From: Candidatus Omnitrophota bacterium
Lineage (GTDB): Bacteria > Omnitrophota > Gorgyraeia > Gygaellales > Profunditerraquicolaceae
DNA length: 64,000 nucleotides
Reading direction: 5' to 3'
NCBI GenBank assembly: GCA_028715785.1
Contig: JAQURC010000003.1
Span: forward strand, 91,423-155,422
Numbering within the stretch: the first letter of the stretch is position 1; every line of letters starts with the position of its first letter. Both the position numbers and the translations under genes were made by a program. Below the pieces are notes generated by a model that searched no databases, was not told the origin of the DNA, and was given only the letters and a program-made list of their open reading frames with translations. Below are positions 38,523 to 48,403 of the stretch, piece by piece.

Positions 38523-39368
38523 TTACACAGATATTATTGTATTATCTATTAACCTTATTTTTCCAATTCTTACCGCTAAAGCAATTAAACAGCTTTGATT
38601 TATTTTTTTAATACTTTCAAGCTTTTCCAAATCGACGATGGCGACATAATCGATCTTTGCTTGTTTCTTTTTTTCAATAAGCTGCCGCATCCTGCTGATG
38701 ATCCTGGCAGCATCGCGCTGGCCGCCAGCAACCAAGGATTCGGCCAAAGATAAGGCCTTAGATAAAACCGGAGCTTGCTTTCTCTGTTCATTATTCAAAT
38801 AAATATTCCGGGAACTCAAAGCCAATCCGTCTTTTTGGCGCACCGTTGGCATAACTTTTACTTTAACCGGAAAATTAAGATCCTTGATCATCCTGGTAAT
38901 AATAATTGCCTGCTGGGCGTCTTTTTGGCCCAAATAAAGAATATTAGGAGCAACGATATTAAGCAGCTTGGCCACAACCGTTGCCACGCCGCCAAAATGT
39001 CCGGGTCGGGAGATCCCGCAGAGTTTGGCGCCCAACTCTCCTGCCTCAACAAAAGTAGAATAACCTTGCGGATACATAATTTTCTCGGCCGGCAAGAAAA
39101 CCAAATCCACCCCGGCTTTACGGCAAAGCGCAAGGTCCTTTTTAAGCGGGCGGGGATATTTTTTAAAATCCTCCTTTGGCCCGAATTGCGCCGGGTTTAC
39201 AAATATACTTACGACAACAATATCATTATCTTTTACTGCCTGCTTAATCAGGCTTAAGTGCCCAGGGTGCAGAGCCCCCATCGTCGGGATAAAACCTATG
39301 CTCTTACCTTTGCAGCTAATCTGCCTGGTTATCTTGGCTAATTTCTGAGGATCGCCAATAACTTTCAT
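38523..39368 (-). CDS. panC: Pantoate--beta-alanine ligase
   Basis: GFIPTMGALHPGHLSL. Confidence 0.9.
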   Translation of the reverse strand: MKVIGDPQKLAKITRQISCKGKSIGFIPTMGALHPGHLSLIKQAVKDNDIVVVSIFVNPAQFGPKEDFKKYPRPLKKDLALCRKAGVDLVFLPAEKIMYPQGYSTFVEAGELGAKLCGISRPGHFGGVATVVAKLLNIVAPNILYLGQKDAQQAIIITRMIKDLNFPVKVKVMPTVRQKDGLALSSRNIYLNNEQRKQAPVLSKALSLAESLVAGGQRDAARIISRMRQLIEKKKQAKIDYVAIVDLEKLESIKKINQSCLIALAVRIGKIRLIDNTIISV

Positions 39369-39766
39369 AAAACCTCTTTCAACGGTTCAATCACAAAATC
39401 ACGGCTAAACAAGCGCGCGTGCGGGATGGTTAAGGTTTTAGTTCTTATAGACCTGTCTCCATAAAACAAGATGTCCAAGTCAATAACCCGGGGGCCAAAA
39501 CGCGCACTTTTGGCGCGGCCCAGTTCTTTTTCAATCGCTTTTAATTTTCGCAATAAGTTTATCGGGGAAAAATTAGTTTTAATTTTTATGGCCGCGTTTA
39601 AATAATTACGCTGCCCGGCAGGGCCGCCTGCGGGCGGGAAATCAAAAAATCTTGATTCTTTTATTATCCGGGTATTTTTCAAGGCGTTAATTTTTTTAAA
39701 AGCTAACCCTATATTCTTCCTGCGATTGCCCAGATTCGTTCCAACACCGATATAGCAAATAACCAT
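39365..39766 (-). CDS. folK: 2-amino-4-hydroxy-6-hydroxymethyldihydropteridine diphosphokinase
   Basis: HPPK motifs (GPRVIDLDIL). Confidence 0.85.
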   Translation of the reverse strand: MVICYIGVGTNLGNRRKNIGLAFKKINALKNTRIIKESRFFDFPPAGGPAGQRNYLNAAIKIKTNFSPINLLRKLKAIEKELGRAKSARFGPRVIDLDILFYGDRSIRTKTLTIPHARLFSRDFVIEPLKEVL

Positions 39767-40926
39767 TAAGCGATCTTCTCTATACGCTCCAGGGCCTCTT
39801 CAATTCTCTCTTTGGGAACGGTCAAAGCCATGCGAATATAACCTTCCCCATATTTGCCAAAACCTACTCCGGGAGTAGCGACGATATCAGCATCTTTTAA
39901 GAGGCGGCCGGCAAAATCTATAGAACTCTCTTTAGGAGGAATCTTTATCCAAACATAGAATGTTGCTTTGGGTTTAACTGCCTTCCAACCCAGGGCGGCA
40001 AGCCCCTCGCATAAAATATCCCTTCTTTCCTGATAAAGCCGGCACATGGATTTTAAATAATCCTGCGGGCCATCCAGGGCGGCAACCCCGGCAAGTTGAA
40101 TCGCAGAAAATATCCCCGAATCGATATTGGATTTTACTTTAGCCAAAGCGCCGATCAGCTGGGGATTACCGCTTGCCCAACCAATGCGCCATCCGGTCAT
40201 ATTAAAAGTCTTGGATAAAGAATGAAATTCAATCGTTATATCTCTTGCGCCCGGAAACTCCAAAAGACTGCGCGGTTTATAACCATCATAAGCCATTTCG
40301 GAATAAGCTAAATCCGAAATAATGATGATTTTGTTCTTAGCGGCAAATTCTATAAGCCGCTTGTAAAAATCATCGCCGGCGCAGGCATTAGTCGGGTTAT
40401 TCGGGTAATTGACAAAGATAATCTTGGCTTTTTTACGCGCCATAAACGGAATTTTATTTAAATCGGGAAGAAATGCGTTTGATTCCAATAGCGGCATAAG
40501 ATGCGGTTTGCCTCCTGCCAGAATTGTGCCGCCTTTATACGGAGGATAACATGGGTCAGGAACCAAAGAAAGATCGCCGGGGTTTAAAAAAGCCAAAGGA
40601 AAATGCGCGATACCTTCTTTAGAGCCAATCAACGGTAAAATTTCCGTATCCGGATTTAAATTAACGTTAAATCTGCGTTTATACCAGCCGGAAATGGCGT
40701 TGCGCAATACCGGCATACCCTGGTCTAAAGCGTAACGGTGGTTAGCCGGATCCTGGGCCGCCTTGCTTAAAGCGTCAATAATGAATTTTGGGGTTGGTTG
40801 ATCCGGATCCCCCACCCCCAAATCGATAATATCCCTGCCTTCGGCGCGGGCCTTGCGTTTTGCTTTATCAATCTCTAGAAACAAATATGGCGGTAATGCC
40901 TGAACTTTTTTAGATAACTTAAACAT
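39766..40926 (-). CDS. dapL: LL-diaminopimelate aminotransferase
   Basis: LPPYLFLEIDK N-terminus. Start set at the ATG 2 nt after the dapB stop. Confidence 0.85.
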   Translation of the reverse strand: MFKLSKKVQALPPYLFLEIDKAKRKARAEGRDIIDLGVGDPDQPTPKFIIDALSKAAQDPANHRYALDQGMPVLRNAISGWYKRRFNVNLNPDTEILPLIGSKEGIAHFPLAFLNPGDLSLVPDPCYPPYKGGTILAGGKPHLMPLLESNAFLPDLNKIPFMARKKAKIIFVNYPNNPTNACAGDDFYKRLIEFAAKNKIIIISDLAYSEMAYDGYKPRSLLEFPGARDITIEFHSLSKTFNMTGWRIGWASGNPQLIGALAKVKSNIDSGIFSAIQLAGVAALDGPQDYLKSMCRLYQERRDILCEGLAALGWKAVKPKATFYVWIKIPPKESSIDFAGRLLKDADIVATPGVGFGKYGEGYIRMALTVPKERIEEALERIEKIA

Positions 40927-40928
40927 CT

Positions 40929-41642
40929 TCACCCTTTCAAAACATCCTGCATCGAATAAAGGCCGGCTGGTTTTGCGCTGACCCATTTAGCTGCTTTTAA
41001 AGCCCCCACGGCAAACAGGTCGCGGGAATGCGCCTGATGCTTGATTTCAATGCGCTCGGAGTTCCCGCAGAAAACCACCGTGTGGTCGCCGACAATATCG
41101 CCCAGGCGGATGGAATGCATCGGAATATCTTTTTTAGTTACCTGCGTAATCACCTCGGCTAATTTTTTGGCGGTTCCGCTGGGAGCATCTTTTTTAGCTT
41201 TATGATGCGCCTCGACAATCTCCACGCTATAGTCCGGCCCCAGTTTTTTCGCTATGTCTGGAAGGATATTGAATAAAACATTCACGCCTATAGACATATT
41301 CGGCGAAAAAACAACCGGAACAACTTTTGAAACCTCTTCTACTTTACTTTTCTGCGCCTCAGTTAAACCCGTAGTGCCCAACACCAGCGCTTTTTTATAT
41401 CTGGCGACATAATCCAGATGTTCATCGGTTGCTTCAGGCAAAGTAAAATCAATGAGCACATCAATCAAAAATAACCCATCCGGATTGGAAGAAACTTTTA
41501 GCTTCCCCATTTCTTTTCCGATCAAAGGCGTGCCTTTTTTTTCAAGAACAAAAGCCACCTCTAAGTCTTTATCCAAGCCGGCAAGCTCAAAAATACGCCT
41601 GCCCATTTTTCCGCAAGCCCCCGCAATCCCTATTTTTATCAT
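40929..41642 (-). CDS. dapB: 4-hydroxy-tetrahydrodipicolinate reductase
   Basis: GAAGKMG N-terminus and DapB C-terminal domain. Confidence 0.9.
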   Translation of the reverse strand: MIKIGIAGACGKMGRRIFELAGLDKDLEVAFVLEKKGTPLIGKEMGKLKVSSNPDGLFLIDVLIDFTLPEATDEHLDYVARYKKALVLGTTGLTEAQKSKVEEVSKVVPVVFSPNMSIGVNVLFNILPDIAKKLGPDYSVEIVEAHHKAKKDAPSGTAKKLAEVITQVTKKDIPMHSIRLGDIVGDHTVVFCGNSERIEIKHQAHSRDLFAVGALKAAKWVSAKPAGLYSMQDVLKG

Positions 41643-41721
41643 CTATCCTCTCCTCTATTTCAAAAGGCCATAATTGCGCTACCTAGCGCACACCCGCGCA
41701 ACACCTTATAAGCGCGGGGTG

Positions 41722-42627
41722 CTACAAAAGGCCATAATCCTTTAAAGCTTTCTTAAGTTTCTCAAGATTCCCCTCCGACATCTCGCACATCGGAAGACGC
41801 AGGTCCGGTTCGCACACCCCCAATAACCCCATCGCGGTTTTAACCGGTATGGGGTTAGTTTCCAAAAACACCGCTTTAATCAGGGGTAATAACTTGTAAT
41901 GCAATTCTCTGGCCTTTTTGAGATCGCCTTTTTCAAAAGCCAAAACTAAATCCGCGACATCTCTGGGCACAATATTGGCAACTACGGAAATTATTCCTGT
42001 TCCGCCGATACTTAAGACCGGTAAAGTCAGGCCGTCATCCCCGGAAATCAGGTCAAAATTTTCCGGGCAAAGTTGTTTAATGCGGGACATCTGGTCGAGG
42101 CTTCCGGAGGCCTCTTTTACCGCCACGATATTCTTGCAATCCTGCGCTAATTTTGCGATAGTTTCAGGCTCGATATTTACGCCGGTGCGCCCGGCAATAT
42201 TATAAAGGATGATCGGGATTTTTACCGACTGAGCAATAGCTTTAAAATGCTCGTATAAACCTTTTTGCGTGGGGCGATTATAGTATGGGGAGACCTGTAA
42301 AGACGCATCGGCCCCCGCGCCGGCTGCTTTTTTAGTCAGCATAATCGCTTCTTCGGTGGAATTTGAGCCGGTCCCGGCAATAACCGGGACCCGTTTTTTT
42401 ACCTGATCAATGGTAATTTCAATTACTTTTTCATGCTCATCAAAATTTAAAGTAGCGGATTCCCCGGTAGTGCCGCAAGGCACAATACCGCCAGTGCCGT
42501 TTTTAATCTGGAAATCAATCAGTTCGCGCAATTTCCTCTCATCGACTACCAGGTTTTTTCCGCCGGAGGCGGATCCGCCTTTGGCGGAAAACGGCGTAAC
42601 TATGGCGACAATTGAACCCTTAAACAT
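41722..42627 (-). CDS. dapA: 4-hydroxy-tetrahydrodipicolinate synthase
   Basis: DapA family. Confidence 0.9.
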   Translation of the reverse strand: MFKGSIVAIVTPFSAKGGSASGGKNLVVDERKLRELIDFQIKNGTGGIVPCGTTGESATLNFDEHEKVIEITIDQVKKRVPVIAGTGSNSTEEAIMLTKKAAGAGADASLQVSPYYNRPTQKGLYEHFKAIAQSVKIPIILYNIAGRTGVNIEPETIAKLAQDCKNIVAVKEASGSLDQMSRIKQLCPENFDLISGDDGLTLPVLSIGGTGIISVVANIVPRDVADLVLAFEKGDLKKARELHYKLLPLIKAVFLETNPIPVKTAMGLLGVCEPDLRLPMCEMSEGNLEKLKKALKDYGLL

Positions 42628-43405
42628 AATATTCTCCTTTGTAAACTATCCTGGCGCTGCCCTCCAGCCAAACATCGCTGAATTTACAATTAACCCTCTG
42701 GAAATAAACTTTCAGGACCTCCCCGCTTTGCGTTTCCACTTTAACTAAACCATCCAAATTATTTTTTAGAGCAAAGATCAGGGCTGAAGCGGCGCTCCCT
42801 GTCCCGCAAGCCAGAGTCTCATCCTCAACCCCTCTTTCGTAGGTGCGGATCCTGATGGTATTGGCCCCTTCTACCTCCACAAAATCTACATTTGTTCCGG
42901 CCGGCCTAAATTTTGGATGATTGCGTATGCTGGCGCCAATCTGCCTCACATCAATGGCATTAATGCCATTTACAAAAACTACCGTATGCGGAACGCCGGT
43001 ATTTATAAAATTGACTTTTATCTGCCTGCCATTCACTTTTATAGGAATATCTAATTTTATACCTTTGGGCTCGGTAATCCGAACCTTCACCCGCCTGCCC
43101 TCAACCCGCGCGTTAACTATTCCGGCACAGGTCAACAATCTGGATCTCTTATTGCCGCTAAACAAAGCGGCGCAGCGCGCTCCGTTTCCGCACATCTCTG
43201 CCTCTGAACCGTCGGCATTAAATACCCTCATCCGCAGATCCGCTTTTTTGGATTTTTCCAATATCAACAGGCCGTCAGCGCCGATACCAAACCTGCGGTC
43301 GCACAATTTCTTGGCTAATGCGGATAAATTCCCGGCGGGCTTATCTTTAATTACGATAAAATCATTTCCGGAAGCAACCATCTTGGTAAAATTAAATTTT
43401 CTCAT
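42620..43405 (-). CDS. dapF: Diaminopimelate epimerase
   Basis: Catalytic Cys motifs GNGARC and CGTG. Confidence 0.9.
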   Translation of the reverse strand: MRKFNFTKMVASGNDFIVIKDKPAGNLSALAKKLCDRRFGIGADGLLILEKSKKADLRMRVFNADGSEAEMCGNGARCAALFSGNKRSRLLTCAGIVNARVEGRRVKVRITEPKGIKLDIPIKVNGRQIKVNFINTGVPHTVVFVNGINAIDVRQIGASIRNHPKFRPAGTNVDFVEVEGANTIRIRTYERGVEDETLACGTGSAASALIFALKNNLDGLVKVETQSGEVLKVYFQRVNCKFSDVWLEGSARIVYKGEYYV

Positions 43406-44630
43406 TGCGGATTAAATCCTCAAAAGACTCTCTTTTACGAATCAATGATATTTTATCTGCGGCTACCATGACCTCCGCGGCCCGAAGGCGCGAATTATAA
43501 TTACTGGACATGCTAAACCCATAGGCGCCGGCCCCCATTACCGCCAGATACTCCCCCTCTTTGACTTTGGCAATATAGCGCTCTTTTGCCAAAAAATCAC
43601 CGCTTTCACATATCGGCCCGACGACATCGGCTTTCTCGCTTTTTAAATTTTTGGCCAAGGGCAAAATACGATGATGCGCCGAGTATAACGCCGGGCGGAT
43701 TAAATCATTCATGCCGGCATCCACAATGATGAATTTCTTTTTTGGCGTATGCTTAATGTAGATGACCTTGGTAACCAAAATTCCGGAATTGCCTGCAATA
43801 AACCTGCCCGGCTCCATAATTATTTTAAGCCCGGTTTTTTTCAAAAGCGGGATGATCTTACCGGCGTAAATTTGGGCGGTCTGTGGAGTTTCACGGTCGT
43901 AAACAATACCCATGCCCCCACCGATATTTAAATATTGGAGTTCTACGCCTTTATCTTTCAGGCGCTGGATAAAATCCGACACCTTCTTTAGCGCCGCCAC
44001 AAACGGGGCGCTTTCAGTAATTTGCGAGCCGATGTGGATATGCAAACCGCAGATATTTAAATTTTTAAATTTATCGCGTAAAAGAAGTATCTTATAGGCG
44101 CTCTCCAGATCAATGCCGAATTTATTCGTAATTTTTCCCGTCGTGACATATTTATGGGTTTTGGCTTCCACGTCGGGATTAAGGCGGATCGCCGCGCGGG
44201 TGATTTTTTTAAGTTTTGCGGATATACGGTTGATATTCTCCAGCTCCGCCAATGATTCAACGTTAAAAAAGAAAATACCTTTTGAAATCGCGGCAGCAAT
44301 TTCTTTATCGGTTTTACCGACTGAAGCATAAACGATTTTTTGCGCCGGGCAGCCGATTTTAAGGGCCCGGTAAAGCTCGCCTCCTGAAACAATGTCCAGG
44401 CCGGCGCCCTGGCTAACCAAAGCTTTTAATATGGAAAGATTGGAATTTGCTTTTACCGAAAAACAGATAAGCGGATTGATTTGAGAAAATGCCGATTTTA
44501 ACTTCAAGTAGTGATCGAGGAGGGTCTTACGGCTATAAACATAAAGCGGCGTGCCGAAGGTTTTAGCCAATTTTTTAACTATAACATCCTCGCAATAAAG
44601 CTGATTCTTCTTGTATCTAAAATCGTGCAT
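43392..44630 (-). CDS. lysA: Diaminopimelate decarboxylase
   Basis: PLP fold III decarboxylase. Confidence 0.9.
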   Translation of the reverse strand: MHDFRYKKNQLYCEDVIVKKLAKTFGTPLYVYSRKTLLDHYLKLKSAFSQINPLICFSVKANSNLSILKALVSQGAGLDIVSGGELYRALKIGCPAQKIVYASVGKTDKEIAAAISKGIFFFNVESLAELENINRISAKLKKITRAAIRLNPDVEAKTHKYVTTGKITNKFGIDLESAYKILLLRDKFKNLNICGLHIHIGSQITESAPFVAALKKVSDFIQRLKDKGVELQYLNIGGGMGIVYDRETPQTAQIYAGKIIPLLKKTGLKIIMEPGRFIAGNSGILVTKVIYIKHTPKKKFIIVDAGMNDLIRPALYSAHHRILPLAKNLKSEKADVVGPICESGDFLAKERYIAKVKEGEYLAVMGAGAYGFSMSSNYNSRLRAAEVMVAADKISLIRKRESFEDLIRNEKI

Positions 44631-46007
44631 TTAGTTTAACTTTTTCCCCCATCTATCGATCTGCTTGGCTACGAAGGCGGGATTGGTACTGCCAATAGAT
44701 AATTTTCGGCTTACCGAAGCCCAGGCATTCAAGATATCCCTGACATCGGGGTCCAATTTGTCCGAATATCGCTTCAATTCAGTATCAGATAAACTGGATA
44801 TCTTTTTACCTTTATCCAGACAATCCCTTACTATCTTGCCGACGATATCATGCGCTTTCCTGTAAGATACGCCTTTCTTAATCAGGTATTCTACGATATC
44901 AACCGAAAATAAAGATTCATCCTGAACCTTGCCGGCAATTGCCTCCTTCTCAATTACGATATTCTGAAAAAGCGCCACAAGAATTTCCAGGATATCCTTC
45001 ATCGTATCTACTGCGTCAAAAAGCGGCGGCTTATCCATCTGTAGATCCCGGTTATAAGATGACGGCAGCCCCTTCATCAAAATCATTACGCTGGAAAGGT
45101 CCCCGTGGATTTTACCGACCGAGCCCCGGATTAACTCCAGGATATCTGGGTTCTTTTTGTGCGGCATAATGCTTGAGCCGGTGCAAAAAGAAAAATCGAT
45201 ATCGATAAAATTGAACTCTTTGGTGCTCCAGAGGATGAGGTCTTCGGCAATCCGCGACAGGTGCACGGAAAGAATGGTTAATTGCGCTAAAACTTCAAGG
45301 ATAAAATCCCTGTCGCTTACGCTGTCGATGCTATTGGCAGTCACGGTTTTAAAATCAAGTTCTTTTCTGACAAACTCCCGGTCAATAGGCAAACCTGTCC
45401 CGGAAAACGCGCAAGCACCCAGAGGCATAGAATCAATCCTGGCCTTGGCATCTAAAATTCTTTCTTTATCCCTCTCCAGGCCCTCGATATAGCTCAACAA
45501 ATGGTGGCTCAAAAGCACAGGCTGGGCAACCTGTAAATGCGTATATCCGGGAATAACCACCTTTGAATTTACTCTTGCCAGCTTCAATATGGATTTTTGC
45601 AGCTGGCTGATATACTCAACCAGGTCGGCGATTTCACTTTTCAAATACATTTTTATATCCAAAGCAACCTGATCATTGCGGGAACGGGCGGTATGCAACT
45701 TATGCGCCGGCTCTCCGATCTTCTTAACCAATAGCTCCTGGATATTCGAATGTATATCTTCAGCTCCGGGATCAAATTTAAATTTACCGCTAATCACGTC
45801 TTTAAGCAACGCGTTCAGGCCTTTGACGATCTGCTGGCTGTCTTTTAAAGGAATGATTTTTTGTTTACCCAGCATCTTGACATGGGCAATACTGCCTAAA
45901 ATATCATACTTAGCCAACCTCTGATCGAAGGATATCGATGAAGTAAACTTGTCGGTCAAGGCGTTTGTTTTTTTGCCAAATCTTGTTCCCCAAAGTTTCT
46001 TGGCCAT
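44631..46007 (-). CDS. argH: Argininosuccinate lyase
   Basis: KLWGTRF start. Fumarate lyase signature GSSIMPHKKNP. Confidence 0.9.
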   Translation of the reverse strand: MAKKLWGTRFGKKTNALTDKFTSSISFDQRLAKYDILGSIAHVKMLGKQKIIPLKDSQQIVKGLNALLKDVISGKFKFDPGAEDIHSNIQELLVKKIGEPAHKLHTARSRNDQVALDIKMYLKSEIADLVEYISQLQKSILKLARVNSKVVIPGYTHLQVAQPVLLSHHLLSYIEGLERDKERILDAKARIDSMPLGACAFSGTGLPIDREFVRKELDFKTVTANSIDSVSDRDFILEVLAQLTILSVHLSRIAEDLILWSTKEFNFIDIDFSFCTGSSIMPHKKNPDILELIRGSVGKIHGDLSSVMILMKGLPSSYNRDLQMDKPPLFDAVDTMKDILEILVALFQNIVIEKEAIAGKVQDESLFSVDIVEYLIKKGVSYRKAHDIVGKIVRDCLDKGKKISSLSDTELKRYSDKLDPDVRDILNAWASVSRKLSIGSTNPAFVAKQIDRWGKKLN

Positions 46008-46018
46008 TTTTTTCTCCA

Positions 46019-47200
46019 CTATCTTTTATAAGGCATGCCCCAAAGTTTAATAAAACCTTCGGCCAGCTTCTGGTCGAATTTATCCTCGCGGCCGTAAGTG
46101 CTTAATTCTTTTTTATAGAGCGAGTTGTTGGATTTTCTCCCTGCTACAACGCAGGATCCTTTAGACAATTTCAGTTTAATCGTGCCGCTGACCAGCTTCT
46201 GCGTCTTATCCACAAAACCATCCAAGGCATCTTTTAAAGCGGAAAACCACAAACCATAATAAACCAATTCGGCATACTTAAGGCTGATCATTTCTTTAAA
46301 ATGCGCCAGCTCTCTATCCAGCACCAAAGCCTCTAATTCTTTATGCGCGGTATGAAGAATAGTAGCCGCCGGCGCTTCATAAATCTCTCTGGATTTAATA
46401 CCCACCAGCCTGTTTTCAACCATATCGCTTCTGCCTACCCCAAACTGCCCGCCCACTTCATTAAGATAATTGATCAAGTTCTTTGCCTTAAAAACTTTGC
46501 CGTCAATTTTAACCGGAACGCCTTTTGCGAAAGTTATCTCGATATACCGGGGATAGCTTGAATTATGCGTCGGGCTCCTGGTAATCATATAGGCGTCTTC
46601 CGGCGGTTCCTGCTCCAAATTCTCTAAAACGCCTGCCTCAATGCTTATGCCCCAAAGATTCCTGTCGATACTGTAAGGCTTTTTCTTAGTCACATCGATC
46701 GGGATATTATATTTTAACGCGTATTCAATCTCCTCTTCCCGCGATTTAAATTCCCATTCCCTGACCGGAGCAATAATTTCTAACCTCGGATCGAGTATGC
46801 CTACGGCAACCTCAAGCCTGACCTGATCATTGCCTTTTCCCGTGCAGCCATGCGCGACCAGCCCGGCCTTTTCTTTATGCGCAATCTGCACTAAATATTT
46901 CGCGATTAACGGCCGGCCCAACGCCGTAGCCAGAAGGTACTTACCTTCATAAACAGCGTTGGCCTTTAAAGCAGGGATAATAAAATCACTTATAAATTCC
47001 TCTTGAAGGTCGCGGATATAGACTTTAGAAGCCCCGGCGGCAAGTGCCCGCTTTTCGATTGCCTCAAAGTCTTCTCCCTGCCCAAGCCCCTGGCCAAGAT
47101 CCGCCACAAAACAGATTACGTCATGGCCTTTTTCCTTTAACCACCTGACAATGCAAGAGGTATCCAATCCGCCTGAATAAGCCAACACTACTTTTTTCAT
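46019..47200 (-). CDS. argG: Argininosuccinate synthase
   Basis: AYSGGLDTS. Confidence 0.9.
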   Translation of the reverse strand: MKKVVLAYSGGLDTSCIVRWLKEKGHDVICFVADLGQGLGQGEDFEAIEKRALAAGASKVYIRDLQEEFISDFIIPALKANAVYEGKYLLATALGRPLIAKYLVQIAHKEKAGLVAHGCTGKGNDQVRLEVAVGILDPRLEIIAPVREWEFKSREEEIEYALKYNIPIDVTKKKPYSIDRNLWGISIEAGVLENLEQEPPEDAYMITRSPTHNSSYPRYIEITFAKGVPVKIDGKVFKAKNLINYLNEVGGQFGVGRSDMVENRLVGIKSREIYEAPAATILHTAHKELEALVLDRELAHFKEMISLKYAELVYYGLWFSALKDALDGFVDKTQKLVSGTIKLKLSKGSCVVAGRKSNNSLYKKELSTYGREDKFDQKLAEGFIKLWGMPYKR

Positions 47201-47225
47201 CCAGAGTCTCCTTAGATTTCAAATG

Positions 47226-47390
47226 TTAGCGGGTTTGGCGAGTCTTGTTCTCGCATCACCGCTTGCTGTCCCCAGCGTGGACAGCTGCGCTTCAGTAAAA
47301 TTCTCGCTCTGCCGGAACATCTATGGCGGGCAGCCCTGCCCGCTCGAATTTTAAGATGCTGCTCGAATCAAGCCTCGCCGCCCGCTAAGC
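47226..47390 (+). repeat. Family B structured intergenic repeat, copy B1
   Basis: CTTAGCGGG...CCCGCTAAG terminal inverted repeat with nested stems. It lies between the argF stop and the argG RBS. Confidence 0.85.
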
Positions 47391-48308
47391 TTAACCCTTA
47401 AGCAACTTAATCAAAATCGCCTTTTGCACATGCATCCTGTTTTCCGCCTGATCAAAAACAATCGAATTTTTACTGTCCATAACCTCATCGGTTATTTCTT
47501 CGCCTCGATGGGCGGGCAAACAGTGCATAACCAAAACTCCCGGCGCCGCGTTTGCTAAAAGCTTGGCATTGATCTGAAAATCCTTAAAGATAATTTTTCG
47601 CTTGGCGATCTCCTCTTCCTGTCCCATGCTGGCCCAAACATCAGCGTAAATTACATTGGCACCTTTGACTGCGCTAACCGGATCTTCGGTAATTTTTATC
47701 TTGCTGCCCGTCTCTTTGGCGATCTCCTGCGCATACTTAACTACCTGCTCATCCGGAAAGTAACCTTTGGGGCTAGCCACGGTAATATTCATTCCGGTTT
47801 TAGCTGCCGCAAAGAGCAGGGAATTACAAACATTATTGCCGTCGCCGACATAAACCAGGGTGACATTTTTCAAGTCTTTCAATTTCTCTTTAATCGTAAA
47901 AAGATCAGCCAGTCCCTGGCAAGGATGCGAAAAATCCGACAAACCGTTGATCACCGGAACGGTCGCGGCGGTAGCCATATCCAAACAATTCTTATGTTCA
48001 AAGGTCCTTAAAACAATCCCGTCAACATAGCGGGAAATAGTTTTAGCCACATCCCTTACGCTCTCTCTTACGCCGATATTAATCTCAGCAGGCGATAGAT
48101 ACAGGGAATTCCCTCCCAACTGATACATGCCGACCTCGAAAGAGACCCGTGTCCTGTTCGACGGTTTCTGAAAAATCAAGGCCAAAGTTTTACCGGATAA
48201 TACCTTGCTGAATTTCTTTTTATTCTTCTTGAGCAGGGCGGAAAGCTTAAAAATAGAATCGATCTCCCCTAAAGTTAGATCCCTGATTGAAAGCAGGTCC
48301 TTTTTCAT
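47391..48308 (-). CDS. argF: Ornithine carbamoyltransferase
   Basis: STRTR and HCLP motifs. Confidence 0.9.
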   Translation of the reverse strand: MKKDLLSIRDLTLGEIDSIFKLSALLKKNKKKFSKVLSGKTLALIFQKPSNRTRVSFEVGMYQLGGNSLYLSPAEINIGVRESVRDVAKTISRYVDGIVLRTFEHKNCLDMATAATVPVINGLSDFSHPCQGLADLFTIKEKLKDLKNVTLVYVGDGNNVCNSLLFAAAKTGMNITVASPKGYFPDEQVVKYAQEIAKETGSKIKITEDPVSAVKGANVIYADVWASMGQEEEIAKRKIIFKDFQINAKLLANAAPGVLVMHCLPAHRGEEITDEVMDSKNSIVFDQAENRMHVQKAILIKLLKG

Positions 48309-48320
48309 ATTTATCCCCTT

Positions 48321-48403
48321 GTGTCATTGCGAGGAGCCTCGCCGCAGGCGGGCGACGCGGCAATCTTAAAAACAAGATTGCTTCGCTTCGCTCGCAATGA
48401 CGC
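48321..48403. repeat. Family A palindromic intergenic repeat, copy A3
   Basis: Same termini and inner stem as A1, A2 and A4. The argD stop lies in its loop. Confidence 0.85.

Noticed and set aside
41643-41721. Lysine riboswitch ahead of dapB/dapA or lysA
   Set aside because: The gaps are 79 nt or less, or the genes overlap, which is too short for the ~180-nt L-box. No L-box consensus helices were seen.
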